A DNA stretch of 64,000 bases from Octopus vulgaris (Eukaryota). A program made the translations under genes and the position numbers. A model generated the notes under the pieces. It saw only the letters and a program-made list of their open reading frames with translations, was not told where the DNA came from and made no database searches. Position 1 is the first letter of the stretch; each line of letters opens with the position of its first letter. The DNA lies in contig OX597814.1 in assembly GCA_951406725.2 (NCBI GenBank), positions 127,658,001 through 127,722,000 of the forward strand, written 5' to 3'. Below, in pieces: positions 24,832-38,606 of this stretch.

Positions 24832-25353
24832 GTTACAGTTCTATATTTAAGAGATGAGAAATTATGTAGATTATTTACATTATTTACATTTGACAGATAT
24901 TTGTCCTCGTCTTGTTTGTTGTTAGCACAACGTTTCAGCTGATATACCCTCCAGCTTTCGTCGAGTGCCTTGGGGAAATTTCGAACATGGGTCCTCGTTC
25001 CTTAATTTTTCAATGTTGTTGTTGTTGTTCTTCTTCTTCTCCTCCTCCTTCTTCAGATCACTACCTCGAATCAAACTCGGAATCTTGGGGTCAGTAGGCT
25101 GCACTCTTAACCACTGGTTAAGAGCGCGGCTTACTAACCCCATGATTCTGAGTATAATTCCAGGCAGTGACCTGAATAATAATAATAATAACAACAACAA
25201 CAACAACGAAAAATACCTTAGGAATGAGAACCCAGGTTTGAAATTTCCCCAAGACACCTGATGAAGTCTGGAGGGTATATCAGCTGAAACGTTGTGTTAA
25301 CAACAAACAAGATGAGGACAAATATCCATCAAATCTAAATAATGTAAATAATC
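24832..25353 (-). mobile_element. Fold-back insertion of a tRNA-headed, hammerhead-containing Penelope-like non-autonomous element
   Basis: Palindrome centred on 25114 (ctcttaacca-C-tggttaagag). Each arm = tRNA-like head + (AAT/AAC/AAG)n + hammerhead + tail. 11-bp TSD TATTCTGAGAT at 24821 and 25354. Confidence 0.8.
25253..25298 (+). ncRNA. Minimal type I hammerhead ribozyme motif
   Basis: GACAC-CUGAUGA-AGUCUG(gagggtatat)CAGCU-GAAA-CG-UU-GUGUU; helix III reduced to the palindrome AACGUU. Confidence 0.7.
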
Positions 25354-28300
25354 TATTCTGAGATTTGTTTATGACAAAGTTTGCTTTGTTATGTACTAGT
25401 ATAACTTCTTTTTTTTATATATATATGAGAGACTGTCATCATCATCATCATCATCCAGTGTTTTAAATCCAGGTTTTGTCCCCATTAATGGGAGTGGCCG
25501 GATCTACCTCAGTGCTATAGCAATCGCTCTCACACCATCTCGCCATCTTGCCCGGTTTTAGGCACCCTCATTTCTCAAGCCAACTCTCCCAATCTCCTCC
25601 TCCACCTGTCCCCTCCATTTTTTCCTTGGTCTACCTTGCTTTTGTGGTCCATTTACCTCAAATGCAAGCACCCACAGTCACTTGTCAAAATCAATATATG
25701 AATGCCATTTAGATTTGAAACTGTTTTTATGTAGTATTTGCATTGAAATTGATATTTCTGTTAGGTCACCCATAACGGAAAAGCAAGATATAAAGTTTTC
25801 TGTAAGATTGGTAACTTACAGGTTATTTAATGACAGCAAGAAGGTTTTATGATGATATAGTTATTCATTGTAGGCCTGTTATATGGGCTTGGATATTGTT
25901 TTACTAAGCTAAAAGTTTGACAGCTTATCGACCTGTACTCAAAAGAGCTATATATTTATATCGTTGTTGTTTGTTCCTCCTTGAGCCATGCTTGGCTCAT
26001 AAGGGCCAATTTCCAGGTTTCATTGGCGTATAGGTTCCCCACCTGGACAGGATGTCAGTCCTTCGCAGCTGAGCTGCAAGATGCTGGAGGAAAGAATGAA
26101 AGAAATTTGTGGTGTAAGAGTCTGCAGAAGTTCACCATTACCTTCTGCCGGAGGCACGTGGAGCTTAGCTGTTTTGCTCTTAAGCACACACTTTGCCTGG
26201 TCTGAGATTCGAACCCACAATCCCTTGACCACGAGTCTGCTGCTCTAACCAGTAGGCCATTTGCCTCCACATTGGCATACTTAAATCATCTTAAAAAGCA
26301 TTTGATTAGTTATGGAAAAAATTTTTGAAATATCACACGTGTTTGATATTGCAGGTTGTTTGTTGATATTGATGGTGTGTGGCCTAGCGGTTAGGGTTTT
26401 GGGCTCATGATCCTAAGGTCATGAGTTCAATTCCTGGCAGCACATTGTGTCTTTGAGCAAGACATTTTATTTCACATTTCTCCAGTCCACTCGGCCAAAA
26501 TTCGAAGCCAAATATAATGTGTGTGTGTGTAAATATATTTATGTAACAGTTAACATATTTTTTGATGTAACTAAATATGATTGGTTAATTCACATTACAC
26601 AACCAACCATTCTTCTCATACCAACTACCACATCAGCCACCTCTCTCTCTCTCTCTTTAAATAACTCACCACTCTCTTTCTCTCTCTCTCTCTCATGGTA
26701 CCTCTCCTCCACAACTCATACTTGTTCTCTTTATCTTTCATTCACTGAATTACATCATCTACTTCCTGCCCCACATTTTATTTCATTCACATCTTTTTCA
26801 CTTTCTTCCACCATCACATTCAATTTACAATTTGGTCATATGACTGTCTGAAACTTTTAACTTGGTTATGCAATGTGACCTCTGTTTTATAAGTTAGTTG
26901 GGTGAGATTAAGGATTTGGCTGCTATTTCTAGTGGATAAAGTAGCTGTAGATAGGCTTCCTGATTTGACTGGGATTTTGTGTTTTTGTGAAATAGCTAAA
27001 ATTCAACCAAGAAAATATATCAATCTTGTTTCTAATTTACTTTCCTACAGTTTCAATGAAATACGATAAACCAGGTCAAACTGGTTTTATTATGTGCCGG
27101 TGGCACGTGAACAAAACATTCGAGCAAGGTCATTGCCAGTGCTGCTGGATTGACTCCTGTGCAGGTGGCATGTAAAAAACACCATTTTCGAGCGTGGCCG
27201 TTGCCAGTACCGCCAGACTGGCCCTCGTGCCAGTGGCACTTTAAAAGCACCCACTACACTCTTGGAGTGGTTGGCATTAGGAAGGGCATCCAGCTGTAGA
27301 AACTCTGCCAGATCAGATTGGAGCCTGGCGCAGCCATCTGGTTTGCCAGACCTCAGTCAAATTGTCCAACCCAAGCTAGCATGGAAAGCGAACGTTAAAT
27401 GATGGTGATGATGATTACATGAAACAGAAGGTCTGAGATATATGAGATATATTAAGAAAGTTGGAATGATATTATATTGTTATGTCTCCTCCAAAAGTAA
27501 CAACTAACTCACTCCATAGCTTTGTAATGTTAATATCGACACATAGTATCAAGGTTATAGAGGAGACAGTCGATTAAATTCAGCTGTGTTTCTTTTATAA
27601 ATTTAGTACCTTGTGATGATGATGATCATCATCATCATCGTTTAACGTCCGTTTTCCATGCTGGCATGGGTTGGATGGTTCGACTGGGATCTGGGAAGCC
27701 AGGAGGCTGCACCAGACTCCAGTCTGATCTGGCAGTGTTTCTAGAGCTGGATGCCCTTCCTAACGCCAACCACTCCAAGAGTGTAGTGGGTGCTTTTTAC
27801 CTGCCACCGGCACAGGGGCCAGAAAGGGCTGGCAACAACCACAACCAGTTGCTGTTTTTTACATGCCACCGGCACAGAAGCCAGCATGGAAAACGTGGAT
27901 GTGAAAATGACATGATGATGATGCTAAAGAGAAGTATGGAAAAACCAAGGGACAGTGAAGAAAACAGGTTGAAAAAAAAAAATGTTTCTGTCTCCTTTAA
28001 GATCACCGGGAAAGCTTCAGCAACATTTGGAATCTCTCCTGATAAACAAACCTTCCAATTTAACAGTAACAAGTCTTCTTTAGGGACAGAAAATGACCCA
28101 GCCCCCAACAATTAGGTGGTGGTATGACTTGCTTCCATAACCATGTGATTTCAGGTTCAACATATTGGGCGTCTTCTTCCATATAGCCCCAGGTCAACCA
28201 AAACTTTGTGAGAGGATTTGGTTGATGGAAACTGAAAGAAGCTCATCATGTGTATGTGTGTACCCTTGTCTTGACATCACATGATATCAATGTTATAAAG

Positions 28301-28895
28301 CTGTGCATTAGTCATGTAAATTTGGAGAACCATTAGAACATTATGTCATTCCCACTTCCTTTATATATCTGAGATACTTGTATCAACTCAAGAAGTATGT
28401 CAACCTGTCAGAATCTGTATTTGAATTTAGTATGTAGCTCAAAACTAAATTGTTTAAAGTATTTTGTCTCTCTACAGCTTTTTTATTTTTATTTATTTTT
28501 TTTTTGCTATCAAGCACATAAAATACCACATATATAGAATAGAGACATGGATATTATTCCTTTAATTCAGACACTGAACAGGTTACAAAACATTTTTGTA
28601 ACCCTCCAGCTCAAGAGGGATCTTTAACAATAAAAGATCGGTCTGTTCTTATTTCTGAGAAAGGACAGACAGTTTGGTTTTGATATTTTGCCTAAACTGT
28701 ACACAGTAAAACCATGAGCTAATGAAGGAGTCTATACTTGGTCCCTAGACCTGCTAGAAATAAAAGCCAAATTTTTTTTTTAAATATGACCCAACTGTCT
28801 CAATGGAAGTAAGATGGATAATGTGACCCTGGGCACGCTTGTTTGAAAACAAAACTGGGACAGTCATATTTATGTTAATCTGCTTTATCTTGATT

Positions 28896-31818
28896 GATGC
28901 AAATGATCTTATGATTTGTAATACAAACTTCAGGAAACTTGCCAGTTACCTGGTCACCTACCTGTCTGGTTGAGACGCTAGTCAGATTGACTACATCATC
29001 GCTAGGAAATGAGAAAGATGGTTATTTATAAATGCCAAAACCTTCCCAGGTGAAGAATGCGCCCCACATCATAGATTAGTAGTTAGCGACTTCAGGATCA
29101 GGGCTAAATGGATACCCAGAAGACAAGCAGTATAGAAAAGAAGGGTCTGGAAGCTTAAGGCTCCTGTGAATGGACAGAGATTTAGAGATGTATTACTCAA
29201 AGCTTTTGTTGAAATAGAGGAGTATATAGCATCACATAATGTATAAGACAACTGGAAGTTCCTACAGAACAACCTTTTAAGGGCTACTGACCAGATCTGT
29301 GGATGGTGCAAAGTCCCCTCTCGACTTAAGGTAATGTGGTGGTGGAACAATGTAGATGACAGGGCCATTAGGGAAAAGGAACAGGCATGGAAAGACTGGC
29401 AGTACGGTGGTAGCAGGGAACTGTATCTGCTTGCCAGAAGGGAAGCTAGGAGACAGGTTTACTTAGCCAGAGAGGAAGCAAATAAGAAAAAATTTGTTAA
29501 TGTTTTGTGTCATGAAGACCGAAGACTTGAAGTGTTTTGTGTTGCAAGACAGTGTGTGAGAAAGAATCATGATGTCATAGGAGAGAAACATGGATGATGG
29601 CTCGCTTGTAGTTAATGAGGCTGCAAAGAGAGAGACTTGAAGACACCACTATGAAAAGTTGCTAAATGAAGAGAATGAATGGGAGAAAGAGAGTCTGCCA
29701 AATGTCGACCCAACAGAGGGATCAGCTATTCGAATTGACAGTACCTTGGTAGATAAAGCAATTAAGGGTATGAAAACAGGGAAAGCCCCTGGCCCATCAG
29801 GAATCACTACTGAGATGCTTAAAATATCTGGCGGTGTAAGCTATAGTCTAGTCACCCATATAGTCAACCAAGTAATAAAAGAAGGAGTCATACCCAATGA
29901 CTGGTATAGCAGCACCATAGTCAACTGCTACAAAGGTAAAGGTGATGCATTAGATAGAAATAATTACAGAGGTATCAAGTTGTTGGAGCAGGCAATGAAA
30001 GTTAGGGAGAGGGTCATAGCCCAACTAATTAGGGAGAGAGTTAGTTTAGACAATGTGCAGTTTGGGTTTGTGCCAAGGAGAAGCACCACTGGTAAGACAG
30101 CTGTAGGAGAAATACCTAGCCAAAGATAAACCTCTGTACTTGGCTTTCATTGACATGGAGAAAGCCTTTGACAGTGTGCCCCTATACCTTATCTGGTGGT
30201 CAATGTGGAAACTAGAGATAGATGAGTGGTTAGTGAGAGCTGTACAAGCCATGTACAGGGATGCTGTCAGTAAGATGAGGGTTAGCAATGAGTATAGTGA
30301 AGTATTCCAGGTAGGGGTAGAGGTCCACCAAGGATCAGTCCTCAGCCCCTCTTATTCAACATAGTTCTCCAGGCAATAACAGAGGAATTCAAGACAGGAT
30401 TCCCCTGAGAGCTCCTATATGCTGATGACCTTGCTCTAATAGCTGAGTCACTATCAGAACTAGAGGAGAAGTTTTAGGTGTGGAAGCAAGGTTTAGAGTC
30501 GAAGGGCCTTAGAGTGAATCTAGCGAAAACCAAGGTCTTAGTAAATAGGAAGACAGACAAAACACAAATCCTTTCAGGTAGATGGCCTTGCTCATTCTGT
30601 AGAAAAGGTGTTGGTAGAAACTCCCATAAGTTGTAAGCTATGGACACGTAAGAGGTGCAGCAATATCAAAGGAAGGCTAACTGGGAAGATAGTTTTTGTG
30701 TGTGGCAAATGCACAGGGGCAATAAACAGTGAAAATGTGGAGCAAACAGCTTCCGTCACATGCCAGGGGGAAAAACTAGAAGTAGTTGATAGCATCCATT
30801 ACCTAGATGACCAAGTCAGTCATGAGGGTGGATGCTCTCAGAGCGTAGCTGCTAGAATAAGAATAGCCTGGGCAAAGTTCAAGAAGCACCTACCTCTGCT
30901 GGTAACAAAGAGTCTCTTGCTCAGAGTAAAAGGTAGACTGTATGATACATATGTGCGAACAGCAGTTAGACTGTATGATACATATGTGCTACACAGCAGT
31001 TAAACATGGGCTGTGACTGCTGAAGACATGCGTAAGCTTGCAAGAAATGGAGCTAGTATGATCCGCTGGATGTGTAATTTCAGTGTGCGCACACAGCAGA
31101 GTGTAAGTGCCCTGAGTGAAAAGTTGGACATAAGAAGCATCAGATGTGGTGTGCAAGAGAGACAACTGTGCTGGTATGGTCATGTGTTGCGTATGGATAA
31201 GAACAGCTGTGTGAAAAAATGTTACACCCTAAGTGGAGGGAACCTGTGGAAGAGGTAGACCCAGGAAGACCTGAGATGAGGTGGTGAAGCACAACCTTTG
31301 AGCTTTGAGCTTCACGGAGGCGATGACAAGTGACCAAGGTCTTTGGAGATGGCAAGCCAAGAGAGACCCTAACCGTGGCCTATGTCAGTGTAGTATAAGA
31401 GTACCCTTCAATCATTGGGCAATAAACTGTGCTTGAGAAGACCTGTTGAGTCAAGTGTAATCATTGTCATGGCTAATACCTGTACTGCCTGACTAGCACT
31501 TATTCCGGTGACACATAAAAAGTACCATTCATATGTAGTCGTTGCCAGTGCTGCCTGACTGGCTCCCATGCCGGTGGTACATAAGAAGCACCATTCGAGT
31601 GTGATCAATGCTATTACCACCTGACTGGCCATCAAGCTAGTGGCATGTAAAAAGCACCCACTACACTCTCTGAGTGGTTGGCGTTAGGAAGGGCATCTAG
31701 CTGTAGAAACCTTGCCATACCAGATTGGAGCCTGATGCAGCCTTCTGGCTTGCCAGTCTTCAGTCAAACCATCTAACTGATGCCAGCATGGAAAGCAGAT
31801 GTTAAACGATGATGATGA
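28896..31818 (+). mobile_element. RTE-clade LINE, 5'-truncated and inactivated (APE C-terminus, reverse transcriptase, 3' UTR, (GAT)n tail)
   Basis: QIDYI../HRLVVSDF (endonuclease end), KTGKAPGPSGITTEMLK, KGKGDALDRNNYRGIKLL, QFGFVPRRST, AFIDMEKAFD, HQGSVLSP, LLYADDL at ~30415, with several stops and frameshifts. Confidence 0.92.
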
Positions 31819-32214
31819 CCTGGTTACTAAGCAACAACAGTAACGTGTGCTGGTTGAATTTGTGAAGGGACATTCTCATCTGCTATCATAAATATAGCCA
31901 TCAAAATAACATTTAGTATAAGTGCTACTTACAGAAGTATTTGAAACAACATTTAAAAGCTTAATATTTGGGAGGAAATTTTTTACCTTTATCATTGAAA
32001 TAAGTAAACAACTTCATAAGATATGTCACTAAGAGATCAATGTAAGTTATCAGAGAAACCTTGCATGAAAATAAAATAAGCCAATATATAACAAATGTGT
32101 CTTTATGAATATAGAATTGCCAGGGAATAAAGAATATATGTAATAAATACTGTTCTTTTCTGAACATAATCCATTTTAAAAGACAATCCAAAGAGTGATG
32201 TTTCTCCCAGTTAA

Positions 32215-32422
32215 CCCTTTATCATTTAAACCAGCCATATCAGGCCTAAATATTAACCCGTTTTATATTAAAAATGACCAGATCTGGTCTCCCACACCTA
32301 CTCTACAATGACTTTCCAAAATAAATAACCATATCATTGAAATCTTGAAGCTACAAGATTGATTCAAAAGAATATGATTGAATAAGCATTATATTCGACG
32401 AAGTATTCTGAATGCTAAAGGG
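32215..32422. mobile_element. TTAA-flanked MITE (piggyBac/Kolobok-like)
   Basis: TTAA|CCCTTTATCATT..AATGCTAAAGGG|TTAA; related copy in the opposite orientation near 34949-35157. Confidence 0.7.
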
Positions 32423-33379
32423 TTAAGCTAATGTATATTCTCCATACTACTAAATATTTCTCTATTTTTTTTGTTTTGCTTTGTGTTTTTTAATATCTAA
32501 TTTACTATTGTTATTTGATATTTTTACCTTACTAAATTATTTAATGTATTGATCTAAATGATTTATTGACTTTTGGTAAGCATTTCCTTTAAAAAAATCA
32601 ATATTGTCCAATAATTCATTGTACTCATAACTAACATGCAAAATACATATTCTTTCTAAAGCTTGTAGCATTAGTTGCTTGAAATCTCAACGCAAGTCAA
32701 TAATTGTTCAAGACAGCTAACCAAAGTTATTTCAACTGTTTAGAACTTCATTGTGCCTATTCTCTCATATATGTTTTATTTGAGTTCATTAGATGCAGTG
32801 TGTGGCAGTATAATGGTTAAAGAATTCAAATTTAAATCTAACCATTATTTACAGTAGCAGTGAACTTTTTCCAGAACCGGATTGAAAATACAGGTGAAGA
32901 GGTTTGTGTAAAACAAAATGTAATTCTTGTTCTTGTTGTTGTTGTTGTTGTTGTTGTTTGTGTTATTTTGCCTGTGTCTGTTAATCTTCTGTTGATTCTC
33001 TGTAGAGTGACCATTCCTATGTGGACAGAGGTAGTAGCCCTGAAGACTGGAACATACTCTGTAAGTGGGCTCTTCTCACTTTGGGTCATTTTTAGCCACA
33101 ACTAAATTTATTTCATTTATCAATCTCTTGTTCTGAATTTTTAGCTGCTGCTTTATGAGTAAACTGTTGTAGTATAGTACAAGTAGTAGCAGTAGTAGTA
33201 GTTATAATAATAATGATGATGATGATAATGATAACTACTAAACAAAGTTGAACAATGGTACTGTTGTGTAAAGTGTAATATTACTATAGAGTCATTCAAT
33301 CAGCTGGTTTTCTTAGTACTGCTGAGAGAGTATTTTCAGTGAATTAGTTTCTTTACTTCAGCTCTCTTCTATCTTTCCA

Positions 33380-33447
33380 TAGTGATTTTCCATACTCACC
33401 TTCTCTTCAGTACTAGTGATTTTCCATACTCACCTTCTCTTCAGTAC
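33380..33447. repeat. 34-bp tandem duplication
   Basis: tagtgattttccatactcaccttctcttcagtac x2. Confidence 0.9.
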
Positions 33448-36400
33448 CTTCTCTTGACACATTCACTGTCACGCCACATTACACTTAGTAAACACAGTCA
33501 TGCCACATTACACTTAATAAACAAATTACACTTTGTAAACTTCTGAAATTCCTCCTCACTTCACTAGCTTCCATATCTTTCTCTTATATGACACAACCCT
33601 ATTCTGAAGGCGGCAAGCTGGCAGAAACGTTTGCACGCTAGGCGAAATGCTTAGCGGTATTTCGTCTGTCGTTACATTCTGAGTTCAAATTCCACCGAGG
33701 TCGACTTTGCCTTTCATCCTTTCGAGGTCGATAAATTAAGTACCAGTTACGCACTGGGGTCGATGTCATCGACTTAAGCTCTTTATCTGTCCTTGTTTGT
33801 CTCCTCTATGTTTAGCCCCCTGTGGGCAATAAAGAAATAAGGAACAACCCTATTCTGAAGGGGCAAGGCAACATGATGTCAATCTTGTTTCTATTCTGTA
33901 TCTCTCTAAGATCTCGTACTTTATCATAATCCTTTCTTGGCATGTCTTCAATCCATCAACCTTTATGTGGTACTAAATTTACTCTAATCCAGCTCCTAGA
34001 TAATTCTCATTGAGCACTCATTGCTCATCAGACTAGATGATCTATTTTTCTCTACTCATCCACTTGTCTCCATGCAATTTGTATTTCATTTTCTTAGGTT
34101 GGCGATTGTGGCAGCTGCTAGTTACATAGTTACCCGTCATCACCATCTCCATCACAATACACATATCCATCCATAGGCTGCCTGGGTCTTCTTCAGCACA
34201 ATCTCCTTTGTGAGGTTCAGCTTCATGAGATCAGCCTTCACCATACTTTCCCATGCTTTCCTCAGTCTCCCTTTTTCACTGGTTCCTTCCTCTTGGATCA
34301 CTTGCCATCCTCCATATACATCCCATTACTACTCTAATAGTAATTTCATCATTGTAAAGTCATTCAGTGATATAAGCATCTTCTCTGGGTGTCTTGCATA
34401 ACTTAATAGAATGTCAGGTTAGGTAACACTAACCTCACAATGTTTATTGCAATAAACATGTTAAGAAAGTATTTTAATACTGGTTCATGGAAATCATATA
34501 TTATAAACTATATTAAGACATATCATTTACTATATAAATCACTAAACTGACTATGGTTGGAGTATAGCATTACTCCCTGATTATTTTATAATTGCTGATG
34601 TGACCACAGCTTCATTACACTACCAATACCAACTTGACCACACTAGCATTGCTAACTTGACTATAATAACAAGGAACACATCATGTCACTGAAATTATAA
34701 AAAACCAAGTCGTTAAAGTTCTCTATATTGTTACTCGAAATGATTTGATGATCTGGGTGTTGTATTGTCATCATTTATGGTGAGCAATCTGAAATGAGGT
34801 ACTGATGAGTTGTAATCAGTCAACTTGTTTGATTCCCAGTTCAAGCAATCTGACTTCATTTACACTGCAAACATACTTCAAAAATGTATGAATGTCACAA
34901 CATCCTGTTTTTACCACATTGATCTCTATATCTTTGTAACTTGTTTGACCCTTTAGCATTCAGATTTCTTTGACAAAGGTATTGCTTATTTATTCATACT
35001 GTTTTGAATTAATCACACATTATCTGGTAGCTTAAAGATTTCAATGGTGTGTTTGTATATTTTCAGAATGACATTGTAGTGTAGGTGTGAGAAGCTGGAT
35101 TTGGTTAATTTTAACATATTTGTGCTAGATATGGCTGGGTTAAATAATGCTAAAGGATTATAAGGAACCTACTAGCATGTGGGAGTCTAATGAAATGCCA
35201 CAGTAAGAATAAATTGATGGAACTAAAACAGGTGCTTTTCCTTCCTTTAGAGAGATAACGTATTTTCACACTGACAGAAAAATTTAAGCTTTAAGGGAGG
35301 AGCACCGCCAATTATATTACTCTCGATATTTGACTGATTCCTCTTCTTATAATATCAGTCAGGAAGTACCCATGACTTTTCCTGGACCTCCAAAACTAGT
35401 GAGAGTGATATAGTAATGTTCAGTTTGGAGCTGATGTTCTTGGGAGGAAGGATTTGGTGTAGTTGTTACTGTGGGGCTCTAGTACAGAACCCCACAATAA
35501 CCAGTGCAGAGACACAGAATGAGTGATGAAAAGAGGAGTGTGCCAATTGGAGGTAGTATGCAAGTAGCTAGTGCTTCATTGTAGCAATTGTTGTTGTAAG
35601 CATGGAAGAAGAAGAGTGAAGACTAGAATACATGTGGAACAGAAGCTGTAATGTGTTGGTGAGTGAGTCTTTAGCAATGAATCTTATTTCTTTATTGCCC
35701 ACAAGGGCTAAACATAGAGGGGACAAACAAGGACAGACAAAGGTATTAAGTCGACTACATCGACCCCAGTGTGTAACTGGTACTTAATTTATCCACCCCG
35801 AAAGGATGAAAGGCAAAGTCGACCTCAGCGGAATTTGAACTCTGAACGTAAAGACATACGAAATAGCGCTTGACATTTTGCTCGGCGTGCTAACGTTTCT
35901 GCCAGCTGAATCTAATAGCATCCTTTTGGATATAGTCTAGCATGTTTTTGTGTTTAGCAGCAGCACCATTAGAAATACAGGAACAATATTCCTTCGTGGA
36001 TCTTACTTCAGATCTATAGAGCGTCATTGTTTATAGCTAAAAGTATTTTTTGGCTCTGTGAAGGTACATAGCTAAGTGGTTGGGGTATTCAACTCGGGAT
36101 TGTAAGGTCATGAGTTTGATAGTTGGTGAAGTGATGCGTCCTTAAGCAAGACACTTTATTTCACATTGCTCCAGTCCACTCAGTTGGCAAAAATGGGTTG
36201 TACTTGTAATTCAAATCGACAGCTTTGTCATCTGTGTCATGCTTGAATCTCCCTGAGAATTATGTTAAGGGTACACGTGTCTGTGGAGTGCTCAGCCAGT
36301 TGCATGTTCATTCTATGTGTGAGCTGTTCTGTTGTTTGGTTCAACTGGAACCCTTGTCATCGTAACTGACAGACTGCCAGTTTTATTTTCTGGCTCTGAA

Positions 36401-37646
36401 GAGGAAGAAAGTGGTTAGTGTTCAGGACATCATTTTTACTATGGGGATACAAGACAGGGAGGTCATCAGTGATTGTCAAATTTAGATATTAGGGCTACTT
36501 ATTAGACCCAGAAGGATGAAAGGCAAAATAAACAGCAGTAGGAACTGAACTTGGAAAGTAAAGAGGTAAAACTAAGCACTGCAAGGTGAAAATTTTATTC
36601 ATTCTGCCTTCCATCAGCCTCTTTTTAACAGAAAATAAGGATAATAAAAGGTTTTATTCATCCTCAGCTTCTTAGAATGAACAGATCTTGTTTGTTCTTT
36701 CATAGTTTAACAAGTGTGAAATAAACTCAAAAAAAGTTAAAAAACCAAATATTTCCTACAAAGAAATTTCACATAACACTGTTCTAAACAGCACCATTGT
36801 TCATGCATTGCTGCAGCTTCTCTCAAACATTACCTTCATAATAACCTGTTATCGTTATCACTAACACCTTACATATTTCTTTACATACTTCTTCACATAT
36901 TTCTTTTCTTTTCATTTTATTGCCATGTCTTGCCTCTATTTTTATTTAACACCTTGAAATTTATACAACAATTTCTCTGACTTCTGTATATAATACACAC
37001 ATGCACACACACACACACACACACACATGCAAGTATACACATATTAATGCATGCACACATACAAACATACATATGCGTGCATGCACACATATATCATCTT
37101 GCCTTTTTACTAGTTCCACTCGTGATGGTCATATATAATAGAAACACATCACCAGGCACTCACTACTCCTATATATAGGAGTACTGAGTGCCTGATTCCC
37201 TGTTTATATTATACAGTGTCTATGTAGATTGAGTTACCTTTGGTCTCAGCTTGATGATGATGATGAGATGTGGATGATGCGCACATACACACACACACCC
37301 ATATATATGTGTGTGTATGTGTGTGAGACAGGCTTCTTCCATTTCCATCTACCAAATCCACTCACAAGATTTTGGTTGGCCTGGGTCATAGTAGAAGACA
37401 TTTGCCCAAGGTGCCACATAGTGAGACTGAATCCAGAACCATGTGGTTGGGAAACAAACTTCTTACCATATTGCCATGCTTGTACTTGTTTATATATATA
37501 TGTATATATATATATATATATAGATCAAGTAGTTACTGTAAATTTAGGGTGAATACTTGATAAGTGTAAGCACCTGTATATGCCAGATAGTGGCAGAGGT
37601 GAGAAGGAATATATCAAATAAAATCAAAAACAGAACACAAAGGATA

Positions 37647-37741
37647 TTGCAGTACACGTGTTTCAAGCTTTATAAACGACCCATTCTTACATCTGTGTAT
37701 AATTGACATAAAAGATGGTTTAAAGCTCTCTTCAGCCACAA
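37647..37741 (-). ncRNA. Type I hammerhead ribozyme motif (minus arm)
   Basis: UUGUGG-CUGAAGA-GAGCUUUA..UAAAGCUU-GAAA-CACGUG-UA-CUGCAA; helix I kept via two G-U pairs. Confidence 0.8.
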
Positions 37742-38451
37742 ACATTGTTATTCCAAAGAGTTACATCACACTATAAATAATATGAAAAGTTCATGTAGTA
37801 TTACTCATTATAATAGGTATATCATATCTCCCTGAGAAAGTCTATTTGTAAAATTTCGTAACTGTATAAAGATTCATTGGATTTCGAAAATCTCCCCATA
37901 CTGTATCACCAATCAGCATAGAGTGAATGTTAAATAGACTGGAAAGTGTTTGTATTCACTTCTCTTGTAAAGATAGGAAGGAAAGTAGAAAGAAAAACGA
38001 TAGCGGAAAAGAAAAAAGAAAAGAAAATAGAGAGAAAAAGAGAGGAGAGAAAATAGGGAGAAAGAAATTAACGTTAAAAAATAAAAAAGCTCTTCTTTTT
38101 CTCTCTATTTTTCTCTTTTTTCTCTCCTCTCTTTTTCTCTCTATTTTCTTTTCTTTTTTTTATTTCCTTTTTTCTTTCCTTCTATCTTTTTTCTTTCTAT
38201 TTTCCTTCCTATCTTTACAAGAGAAGTGAATACAAACACATTCCAATCTATTTAACATTCACTCTATGCTGATTGGTGATACAGTATGGGCAGATTTTCG
38301 AAATCCAATGAATCTTTATACAGTTATACAGTTAGGAAATTTTACAAATAGACTTTCTCAGGGAGATATGATATACCTATTATAATGAGTAATACTACAT
38401 GAACTTTTCATATTATTTATAGTGTGATGTAACTCTTTGGAATAACAATGT

Positions 38452-38546
38452 TTGCGGCTGAAGAGAGCTTTAAACCATCTTTTATATCAATTATACACTG
38501 ATGTAAGAATGAGTCGTTTATAAAGCTTGAAACACGTGTACCGCAA
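38452..38546 (+). ncRNA. Type I hammerhead ribozyme motif (plus arm)
   Basis: UUGCGG-CUGAAGA-GAGCUUUA..UAAAGCUU-GAAA-CACGUG-UA-CCGCAA; complete core, perfect 6-bp helix I, predicted cleavage after GUA at 38540. Confidence 0.88.
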
Positions 38547-38606
38547 TATCCTTTGTGTTCTGTTTTTGATTTTATGTGTGTATATATATATATATGTATA
38601 TATATA

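Larger units (their letters stand above)
37522..38576 (-). mobile_element. ~1-kb asymmetric palindromic Penelope-like pLTR insertion in (TA)n
   Basis: Arms about 37618-38065 and 38093-38575 are reverse complements; ~95-bp unpaired tail at left; each arm has a hammerhead. Confidence 0.82.

Noticed and set aside
24900-25000. Apparent A-to-G cluster between palindrome arms suggesting an ADAR-edited retrocopy
   Set aside because: Most differences are CpG vs CpA, better explained by CpG decay.
28002-28115. Acceptor-like site followed by ITGKASATFGISPDK..*
   Set aside because: No WDR59 similarity and no convincing donor; unsupported as an exon.
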